DNA of 64,000 nt. Source: a virus (lineage: Duplodnaviria; Caudoviricetes). The notes under the pieces were generated by a model, which was not told where the DNA came from, made no database searches, and saw only the letters and a program-made list of their open reading frames with translations. The DNA is taken from the IMG/VR virus record IMGVR_UViG_3300010429_001696, positions 129,755 to 193,754 of that record. One strand, written 5' to 3'. Made by a program: the position numbers and the translations under genes. This document shows, in pieces, positions 56,935-64,000 of this stretch (the stretch's first letter is position 1; every line of letters starts with the position of its first letter).

Positions 56935-57264
56935 ATGAAACATATAAAATTATATGAACAATTTGACTTTGAAGACTTTTCTGATGAAGAACTTTTTGGA
57001 AAAGAGACGTTTAAACTCATTTTCAGTGGTCGTAGATTTTATATAGTAGAAAAAATTGAAAATAATATAGTTTTTTTATATAAAGGTTATAAATGGATAT
57101 CTGATGAAAATTTAAAAAAATATTGTTTATTTTGTTTAGAAGAATTGGGAGAAAATGATGAAATAGCAATTTTTATCGGACATAATAATACGAATTACCA
57201 GAAATATTGGGATATTTATACAAAAGATACATTACCAAAAGAAATAAAATATGAATTGAATTGA
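56935..57264 (+). CDS. DLSDEELFG-tagged small protein
   Basis: MKHIKLYEQFDFEDFSDEELFG; start moved to the ATG at 56935. Confidence 0.75.
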   Translation: MKHIKLYEQFDFEDFSDEELFGKETFKLIFSGRRFYIVEKIENNIVFLYKGYKWISDENLKKYCLFCLEELGENDEIAIFIGHNNTNYQKYWDIYTKDTLPKEIKYELN

Positions 57265-57665
57265 AACATATAAAACTATACGAACAATTTCATTTTGAAA
57301 ACATTTTAAATAGAGATGGTTTTCAATTTATATCGCATTCAACTAAAGAAGATTGGGGTGAATCTATTTTAATAATGGAAAAAGAGGGAAAAGCTTTTGG
57401 TCGAATCTATTGGTATAATGATGATGATACTACAGTTTATCTTGATTGGCTCAGTGTAGATAAAGATGCCAGAAAAGGAGGATTAGGGACAATATTACAA
57501 AAAATAAGAGAAGATATTGGTAAAGAATTGGGCGCCAAGTTCGCCTGTTTGTGGGTAAAAAAGGATAGTTGGATGCATGATTGGTATGAAAGAAGAGGAT
57601 ACAAAGATTATATGAATTATAAAGAAGATAAAAATTATATATGGATGCAAAAAACAATTGAATAG
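57261..57665 (+). CDS. GNAT acetyltransferase with capsid-targeting-like N-terminus
   Basis: LSVDKDARKGGLGT (acetyl-CoA motif A), WYERRGY; MKHIKLYEQF header (TTG start). Confidence 0.85.
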   Translation: MKHIKLYEQFHFENILNRDGFQFISHSTKEDWGESILIMEKEGKAFGRIYWYNDDDTTVYLDWLSVDKDARKGGLGTILQKIREDIGKELGAKFACLWVKKDSWMHDWYERRGYKDYMNYKEDKNYIWMQKTIE

Positions 57666-57986
57666 ATGAAGCACATAAAAATATATGAGCAATATGATTT
57701 TGAGGATCTATCGGATGAGGAGCTTTTTGGAAAAGTTTCCTTTAAATTGATCAAGTTAAAAAATGATATATATTTTATATTAGAAAAAATTGAAAATGGA
57801 TATCTTTTTTTATATAATGGATATGAATGGAAAAAAGAAGAATTATATGAAGAGCCCAGCGTTAATATTGAAGATTTGAGTGATGATGATATAATAACAA
57901 CTCATGAAGAAATTAATGGAAATGGATTTTGGATGCGCTGGAATAAATACACGTTGCCAGAAGAAATAAAAGATAAGTTGAAATGA
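57666..57986 (+). CDS. DLSDEELFG-tagged small protein
   Basis: Paralog of 56935..57264. Confidence 0.75.
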   Translation: MKHIKIYEQYDFEDLSDEELFGKVSFKLIKLKNDIYFILEKIENGYLFLYNGYEWKKEELYEEPSVNIEDLSDDDIITTHEEINGNGFWMRWNKYTLPEEIKDKLK

Positions 57987-58327
57987 AACATATAAAATTA
58001 TATGAACAATTTGATTTTGAGGATCTATCGGATGAAGAACTTTTCGGAATAGATAGTAATAAAGGACCTTATGATGATATTTTGATATACGGCGATAGTG
58101 GGCCTAGTTTTAAATGTGGGGATAGAGTTAAAGTAATTAATAATGATGAATTTTATTATGAAGGAAAAAAAGGTGACATTGGTACAGTGATCACATATAG
58201 TGATGGATCTTATTTAGTTTGCTTAGATGATTTTACTGCTGGACATAAAGGAGATCGTGATACAGATTATGAGGACACGGGTGGTGGTTTGTTCCAGAAG
58301 ATCTTGAAAAATATGAAAAAAAAATGA
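57983..58327 (+). CDS. DLSDEELFG-tagged small protein (SH3/KOW-like cargo)
   Basis: Paralog of 14581..14919; possible frameshift near 58270. Confidence 0.7.
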   Translation: MKHIKLYEQFDFEDLSDEELFGIDSNKGPYDDILIYGDSGPSFKCGDRVKVINNDEFYYEGKKGDIGTVITYSDGSYLVCLDDFTAGHKGDRDTDYEDTGGGLFQKILKNMKKK

Positions 58328-58638
58328 AACACATAAAAATATACGAACAATTTAATCTTGATGACTTTTCAGATGAAGAGCTTTTCGGAAATGATGACAA
58401 TTATTTTCCAAAAGAAAATATAGAGAAATATTATTATGATTATAAAGAATTATTCAATCACACAAAATATGATGAAGAATACGGATATACAAATTATGAA
58501 TTATGGACTGAAGTTGGGCAATTGACTCTCAAATATAATCTCACAAGAGACGATGTCAAATGGATACTTGATAATAAAAACACGAGATTTGATAGTGATA
58601 AATTTCTAGAAGATACATATCTTCATTGGGACGATTAA
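58324..58638 (+). CDS. DLSDEELFG-tagged small acidic protein
   Basis: MKHIKIYEQFNLDDFSDEELFG. Confidence 0.75.
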   Translation: MKHIKIYEQFNLDDFSDEELFGNDDNYFPKENIEKYYYDYKELFNHTKYDEEYGYTNYELWTEVGQLTLKYNLTRDDVKWILDNKNTRFDSDKFLEDTYLHWDD

Positions 58639-58963
58639 TTTTAATTAAAAAAAGTTAAAACAGGACTAAAACATTTTAATATATAATAATAAGTTTTTTG
58701 GTTATTGGTAGTTTCGAGTTTAAAGACTTTGGAAATGTTTTTAAAAAAAGCATTAAAGAAATTATCAAAACATAAATAAAAAATAAAAAGAAAAAGTGAG
58801 AAAAGTACCACTCAATAAATTACGCTTTCATTTATTTCCTCAATTTTTATTTGTTTTGACTCGAATATTTCCAATATATCAGAAATCGATATAATTTGGA
58901 ATTTGTTTATTTTTTGGCGCGCGAAAAGTAAGCATTTCACAAATAAAAAATAAAAATTATATT

Positions 58964-59827
58964 ATGGCACACTATCGAATGAGTGAAAGATTTCCATCTG
59001 CTGTTATTACAAGCGGTGGAAACGAAAAGAAAATCTACAATGGTGGTTTTATCTATTTAAATGATGGAGAAAACTTCGAGATCCGATTTTTCAATCCGAC
59101 CCAGTTTAAACTTGGAGTTGAGATAATTTTTAACGGATATAAAAAAGGAGATGGTTATTTGGTTCTAAATCCTGGACAAGATGTCACGCTGGATCGTTTC
59201 TTGGACGAGCAACGTAAAATGGTGTTTGAGACATATACCATCGATGGAAATAATCAAGCTGCGGTTGAGGCGGCAGCCAATAACGGATTAATACAATTTA
59301 ATTTCTATAGAGAATCATATTTTAGATATGGCTCAAATACTGGATATGGTACTAGTGGATATAGTGGTAATAGCGGCACTCGCGGTTTTGCTGGAACCGG
59401 TGGCGGTTTTGCTGGAACCGGTGGATTACCAAGATTTAAATCTAGCAATACAAATAGTCGTACATATTCTGATAACAACATTACATATTTTGATGCTGAC
59501 TTTGAACAGGGCACTACGTCTTATACATCAAGTTTCACAACAACAATTGATTATGCTCCAGATACTATGTATAGAACATCAACATCCAATAGCAATCCAG
59601 TAGAAACTGGAAGAGTTGAAGCAGGTGATGTATCCAATCAAACATTGGAAAATGTGTCTGTTCAATTTGAGACATCCCCAATGCATAGAATTAGTTATAA
59701 GTTGTTACCATACTCAGCTAAACCAATGGAGGTCACTGAAATAAGACAATATTGCCCGAACTGCGGATACAGAATTCGTAATAATAGTTGGAAATATTGT
59801 CCAAAATGCTCACAAAAAATTGAGTAA
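58964..59827 (+). CDS. conserved hypothetical protein with C-terminal zinc ribbon
   Basis: YCPNCG...YCPKC; Gly/Ser/Thr linker with a 21-bp duplication. Confidence 0.8.
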   Translation: MAHYRMSERFPSAVITSGGNEKKIYNGGFIYLNDGENFEIRFFNPTQFKLGVEIIFNGYKKGDGYLVLNPGQDVTLDRFLDEQRKMVFETYTIDGNNQAAVEAAANNGLIQFNFYRESYFRYGSNTGYGTSGYSGNSGTRGFAGTGGGFAGTGGLPRFKSSNTNSRTYSDNNITYFDADFEQGTTSYTSSFTTTIDYAPDTMYRTSTSNSNPVETGRVEAGDVSNQTLENVSVQFETSPMHRISYKLLPYSAKPMEVTEIRQYCPNCGYRIRNNSWKYCPKCSQKIE

Positions 59828-59845
59828 AAAATAATTTATAAAAAC

Positions 59846-60466
59846 ATGAAAAAGAATATAGATATAATTTGTATAATAGATAAATCTGGTTCTATGAGCC
59901 CCATAAAGAATGACGCCATAGGGGGATTTAATAGTTTTCTTGAAGATCAGAAAAAAGCTGAATATCAAGCTTTTATGACAATTGTTTTATTTGATACTCG
60001 ATTTAAAAAAATATCTGATGAGATTGCTGTACAAAAAATAGAGCCTTTAAATGGAACCACTTATAGTCCTGGTGGCAATACCGCTCTATATGATGCTATC
60101 GGACAAGAGATCGATAACTATTTAGATTATTTAGCATCTTTACCAAAAGAAGAAAGAAGCGAAAAAGCTCTTTTTGTGATATTAACAGATGGGGAAGAAA
60201 ATTCCTCCAAAATCTATCATAAAGAATTGATAAAGAATATGATAGAAGATGTGAGAGAAAATATCGGAATAGAATTTATTTATTTGGGTGCAAATCAAGA
60301 CTCGTTTTTGGCAGCGACAAATATAGGAATATCCGGTAATAATTCTTTCAATTATGCTGCAACTGGGGATGGAATAAAACTAGCCTACTCTAAGATATCC
60401 GAGGCAACAGCATATTATTCAACAACAGAAGCCAAAGAAGATTTGTTTCAACAAGAAAAGAAATAA
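59846..60466 (+). CDS. vWA domain protein
   Basis: IDKSGSM (MIDAS), TALYDAIG, ILTDGEENSS. Confidence 0.9.
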   Translation: MKKNIDIICIIDKSGSMSPIKNDAIGGFNSFLEDQKKAEYQAFMTIVLFDTRFKKISDEIAVQKIEPLNGTTYSPGGNTALYDAIGQEIDNYLDYLASLPKEERSEKALFVILTDGEENSSKIYHKELIKNMIEDVRENIGIEFIYLGANQDSFLAATNIGISGNNSFNYAATGDGIKLAYSKISEATAYYSTTEAKEDLFQQEKK

Positions 60467-60486
60467 TTTTTAAATTATTTTTGTTA

Positions 60487-60520
60487 AAAAAACCAGATTT
60501 AAAAAATCTGGTTTTTTTAT
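60487..60520 (+). terminator. intrinsic terminator
   Basis: AAAAAACCAGATTT-AAA-AAATCTGGTTTTTTT. Confidence 0.7.
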
Positions 60521-60556
60521 TTAAATATATAACTATAATAAAAAAATGTATTCAAC

Positions 60557-61009
60557 ATGATAATAAAGTTTGAAAATTATTTGAATGAAAACATATTTAT
60601 AAAAAATAAATATAAGAAACTTTATGATAAACTTTATGATTATATAGAGAACGGTCGTATAAGAATGATACCGAATATTTATTCAAATTTATATAGATTC
60701 AAAATTGAAAAAAATGCTGTATCAGTCGAGGATGATCCATTTGGTGAAGAAGGGGGGAGAAAAATCACTGTTGAAGTGTCAATAAAAAAACAAGTTGACA
60801 TGGATATATTAAGATTGTATGAATATATTTTAGCAATAGATGGGAATGAAGTTGATATGCCAAGTTATTATGTCAAAAAATTATATGATTTATTGGATGA
60901 TAGAGAAGAAGAAAATAGAGAAGAAGAAGAAAGGAAAAAGGAAGAACTGGAAATAAAACGTCAAAAAGAACGAGAAGATAAAATTAGAAATATAGAAGAA
61001 ATATTGTAA
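60557..61009 (+). CDS. protein with capsid-targeting-like N-terminus and DDPFGEE tag
   Basis: MIIKFENYLNEN; EDDPFGEE. Confidence 0.7.
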   Translation: MIIKFENYLNENIFIKNKYKKLYDKLYDYIENGRIRMIPNIYSNLYRFKIEKNAVSVEDDPFGEEGGRKITVEVSIKKQVDMDILRLYEYILAIDGNEVDMPSYYVKKLYDLLDDREEENREEEERKKEELEIKRQKEREDKIRNIEEIL

Positions 61010-61013
61010 AATT

Positions 61014-61874
61014 ATGTTAATCAAATTTGAAGATTATTTAGGTGAAAGTATATTCAATAAAAAATATCAAAAATTATTTGATAATTTATATAATTATATT
61101 AAAAAAAACATACAACTTATAGATGTTGAAACGACAAAAGATTATCCATACAACACTTATGCTTTCAACATTGTGAGATCTATTAAACCTGATTCAGATG
61201 ATCCATTTGGAGAAGATTCTGAATCCAAAAAAATTAGAATAAGATTATCAAGAGGTTACGCTTCATTTACATTGGTGATCAATAAAGATATAATTGATAT
61301 GCCATCCAATGATATTAGAAAATTATACAATTTGATAGATAATAGAGCTTCAATAATAAGAAAAAATATAGAAAAAGGAAAAGAAAGGGAAAAAGAGGAA
61401 AGAATTAAAAATCTTGATAGTTTTTTTGAAAAAAAAATGTCGAAAAAAGATTATTTAGACGAGTCTCTGTTCAAATCCAATAAATTATATAGCGAATTGT
61501 ATAAAAATTTATATAACTATATTCTCAAAAACTATTCTAAATTGAATGTCATAAAAGATAGAAATAATGAATACGAAATCAATCTAATAAAAACAGATCT
61601 TATGGATGAAGATGAATTCGGTGAAGATTCATCAACGACAATTTTGAAAATAAAAATCGAAAAAAATCGTGATTTTTCTTCATGGTTTAAAGATTATTGG
61701 TATGCATTATATATCAATGGAGATAGAATAGATATGGAATATCGATATCTCATTAAATTGTATAATTTAATAGATAAAATAGAAAAGTCAAAAGAAAAAG
61801 AAGAGTTCAAACATTCTGAAAAAGAAAAAGATGAAAAGTTGACGAGTGTTATTGATATTTTAAAAAATAAATAA
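61014..61874 (+). CDS. two-module paralog of 60557..61009
   Basis: Two repeats (YLGESIF / YLDESLF) with DDPFGED and EDEFGED. Confidence 0.7.
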   Translation: MLIKFEDYLGESIFNKKYQKLFDNLYNYIKKNIQLIDVETTKDYPYNTYAFNIVRSIKPDSDDPFGEDSESKKIRIRLSRGYASFTLVINKDIIDMPSNDIRKLYNLIDNRASIIRKNIEKGKEREKEERIKNLDSFFEKKMSKKDYLDESLFKSNKLYSELYKNLYNYILKNYSKLNVIKDRNNEYEINLIKTDLMDEDEFGEDSSTTILKIKIEKNRDFSSWFKDYWYALYINGDRIDMEYRYLIKLYNLIDKIEKSKEKEEFKHSEKEKDEKLTSVIDILKNK

Positions 61875-61879
61875 AAAAT

Positions 61880-62095
61880 ATGAAAATTAAAAAATTTGAT
61901 GAGCAATTTTTATGGGATGCTGGTAATATGAAAGCTCTAAAATCATATATAGATAAAGATGATAATAAATTATATCAAATAAAAGTAAATGAGCCTTTTG
62001 AAATAAAAACAAAGGATTCAGAAACTTATTACAAATTAAAGTTCATATTGAACTCATATAAAATATCTTTCGAAGATTCTATAACGAATCTATAA
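61880..62095 (+). CDS. small protein with capsid-targeting-like N-terminus
   Basis: MKIKKFDEQF. Confidence 0.6.
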   Translation: MKIKKFDEQFLWDAGNMKALKSYIDKDDNKLYQIKVNEPFEIKTKDSETYYKLKFILNSYKISFEDSITNL

Positions 62096-62112
62096 TTCAA
62101 AAAACACAAAAA

Positions 62113-62358
62113 ATGATGGAGAATAAAAAATTCACAGATGATGAATTTGAAAAACTTTTAGATAAAAGAAATAAAACTCTTCATATGATAATGGAATCAT
62201 ATAATGAAAGAACAAAAGATTACGATTTATCTTTTTATAATCTTGATATAATTGAAAATGAAATATATAACCATTTAAAAACAAAGGATGATGAGTTTAT
62301 AAATAAAATAATAGAAAAAAATGATTGGATAAAAAGAAAGAGGATAGAAGAATTATAG
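62113..62358 (+). CDS. hypothetical protein
   Basis: ORF track. Confidence 0.55.
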   Translation: MMENKKFTDDEFEKLLDKRNKTLHMIMESYNERTKDYDLSFYNLDIIENEIYNHLKTKDDEFINKIIEKNDWIKRKRIEEL

Positions 62359-63030
62359 TTTCAACTTTTTAGCTACATCCATAACACCTTTGACATCTCC
62401 TTCACAATATTTCATGATAGATTCTTTGTCTTTTCTGTTCCAATAATAATCATAAATCTTTTTTCCATCCAGTGTAGACTTGGGATTTTCTATGCCGAGA
62501 GCATAAGTAACTTCTTCGAGCGAGGCACCGAGATTTGAACCATTTTTCCATATATCATAAATATCTGTGACAAGTATTTCCCAAGGCTTTAATCCATTGA
62601 AATTCAATGATAAAGGTATGTCTATATTATATTTATACATCTTTCTTACAATCCAAGGTATATCGAAACTTTTTATTCTAAATCCGCATATTCTTTTATT
62701 TGTTTTGCTAACTCTATCAAAGACTCCCTTTATCTTTTGAATCAATTTTTCTTCATCATCATCAATAACACTTCTTATTTGTATAACTCCTTCTGTATCA
62801 TACACACCAAAAGACATACAAATTATTTTTCCAAACTCTGGCAAAAGCGGAGCATTTTCTATATAGAAATTTTCAATGTTGGCAGACGGATCCGTCAATC
62901 TTTTCGTAAAAATATTTCTACCTTCGGCATTCATATCCATAAAATTAGGATATTCTGATGTCGTTTCAATATCAAAATAAAAAAGGTCTTTATACATTTT
63001 TATACTACTTGGCATATTAATTAATATCAC
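62353..63030 (-). CDS. PolB-type 3'-5' exonuclease domain protein (DEDDy)
   Basis: YFDIET, GKIICMS, SFDIPWI, YCEGDV. Confidence 0.85.
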   Translation of the reverse strand: MILINMPSSIKMYKDLFYFDIETTSEYPNFMDMNAEGRNIFTKRLTDPSANIENFYIENAPLLPEFGKIICMSFGVYDTEGVIQIRSVIDDDEEKLIQKIKGVFDRVSKTNKRICGFRIKSFDIPWIVRKMYKYNIDIPLSLNFNGLKPWEILVTDIYDIWKNGSNLGASLEEVTYALGIENPKSTLDGKKIYDYYWNRKDKESIMKYCEGDVKGVMDVAKKLKL

Positions 63031-63103
63031 AAATATAGTAAATTGTTTTTAATTAAAAAAGTTGATTTGAAAAAAATAATATATAAGAAAAAAAACGTGT
63101 TCT

Positions 63104-63472
63104 ATGTTCAAAAAGAAAAAAAATCTGTTAATAGTTGAAGATGACTTTGATACAGTAAAAATGTTAAAGAAAATGTTAAAAAAGTTTAATTTAAACATCT
63201 ATGTGAGCGATACTGGAGAAAACGCTCTTGATGTTATGAAAAATAAAAAAATAGATATTGTTTTAATGGACTATAAACTGCCTTATAAAAATGGTATATT
63301 ATTGACAAAAGAAATAAGAAAAATAAATGGGGATATTCCAATAATTTTGGAAACTGGTGAATCAAAACTTTTTGGCAATATGGATACTGTAAAAGGATTT
63401 CAGTTCGATGATATAATTGAAAAGCCATTGACAATGGATAAAGTGACGGATGTAGTAAAAGAATATATTTAA
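63104..63472 (+). CDS. stand-alone response-regulator receiver domain (CheY-like)
   Basis: LIVEDD, VLMDYKLP..NG, PIILETG, EKP. Confidence 0.9.
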   Translation: MFKKKKNLLIVEDDFDTVKMLKKMLKKFNLNIYVSDTGENALDVMKNKKIDIVLMDYKLPYKNGILLTKEIRKINGDIPIILETGESKLFGNMDTVKGFQFDDIIEKPLTMDKVTDVVKEYI

Positions 63473-63473
63473 A

Positions 63474-63803
63474 ATGAAACACTTGAAATTATATGAGCAG
63501 CTTGATTTTGAGGATCTATCGGACGAAGAACTTTTTGGTGATGAGAAAGATTTATTTCTAGGTAAAAATGGAAATACACTATATGTTTTATATGATCCAG
63601 AATGCAAATCTGGAAGATTTAATAGATATTTGATGTATCGTGACCGATCAGATTATTATCCTTCGTATCCAAGAACTATTTTTACTCTGAATGTTTTGCC
63701 AGAAGAAAATTCTAAGATTGGATATTCATCTTATCAAGGTGGTATTCATTACACAACATGGAAAAATTTGGATCCAGAAATAAAGAAAAGAATAAAATTA
63801 TGA
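63474..63803 (+). CDS. DLSDEELFG-tagged small protein
   Basis: MKHLKLYEQLDFEDLSDEELFG. Confidence 0.75.
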   Translation: MKHLKLYEQLDFEDLSDEELFGDEKDLFLGKNGNTLYVLYDPECKSGRFNRYLMYRDRSDYYPSYPRTIFTLNVLPEENSKIGYSSYQGGIHYTTWKNLDPEIKKRIKL

Positions 63804-63900
63804 AACATATAAAATTATACGAGCAATATGATTTTGAAGATCTGTCAGACGAGGAGTTATTCGGTAAACAAGAAAAAGATTTATTTTTAGGTGAAAATGG
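63800..63900 (+). CDS. partial DLSDEELFG-tagged protein running into low-complexity end
   Basis: MKHIKLYEQYDFEDLSDEELFGKQEKDLFLGENG then a poly-G run. Confidence 0.6.
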
Positions 63901-64000
63901 GGGGGGGGGGGGATTTTTATTTTTTTGTTTTTTTTAATATTTTTTTTGTTGTTTTTTTATTTGTTTTTATGGATGGGGTGGGAAAAAAAAAAAACCAAAA
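63899..64000. other. low-complexity terminal sequence, probable sequencing/assembly artefact
   Basis: Poly-G followed by T/G and A homopolymers interrupting a coding frame. Confidence 0.7.

Noticed and set aside
56935-58638. Header repeats as CRISPR repeats or integron attC sites
   Set aside because: They are protein-coding with synonymous variation, spaced 300-400 bp apart and not palindromic; no cas or integrase gene is present.
59382-59424. 21-bp tandem duplication (GFAGTGG twice)
   Set aside because: Ordinary in-frame slippage in a Gly-rich linker.
63899-64000. G-run as a G-quadruplex or genome terminus
   Set aside because: Abrupt homopolymer sequence interrupting a gene at the window end is typical of low-quality read tails.

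Overview
Very AT-rich, densely coded segment (standard genetic code, almost no Shine-Dalgarno motifs) that reads as part of a jumbo/huge tailed-phage genome. TAnnTTTG promoter boxes, a Bacteroidota-style thioredoxin and lipoprotein, and A-rich translation starts point to a Bacteroidota host. Recognisable genes: thymidine kinase, GDP-L-fucose synthase, PPK2, DnaJ, thioredoxin, M16 peptidase, GH16, GNAT, vWA, a PolB-type 3'-5' exonuclease, a response-regulator receiver, LRR proteins, GIY-YIG/HNH/LAGLIDADG endonucleases or remnants, a 3524-aa repetitive fibre-like protein and a neck-like structural protein. Best candidate for a new system (23264 to 21795, minus strand): an unannotated 30-aa leader peptide containing all six leucine codons, overlapping a protector/antiterminator/terminator set, directly upstream of a cluster made only of tRNA-Leu genes (GAG, CAA, TAG, TAA, plus a decayed CAG). 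This looks like a ribosome-stalling attenuator that switches on phage tRNA-Leu genes when leucine decoding is impaired. Second theme: roughly 35 proteins start with a T4 capsid-targeting-like peptide (MKHIKLYE / MxxFNEFINE), many followed by one of two acidic-aromatic tags (FDFEDLSDEELFG; DDPWGEExWGWE) and variable cargo, including an apparent protease-cleavable polyprotein. There are also TnpB-less IS200/IS605 remnants retaining an omegaRNA-like 3' end and a few small structured-RNA candidates. All calls come from manual reading without database searches.
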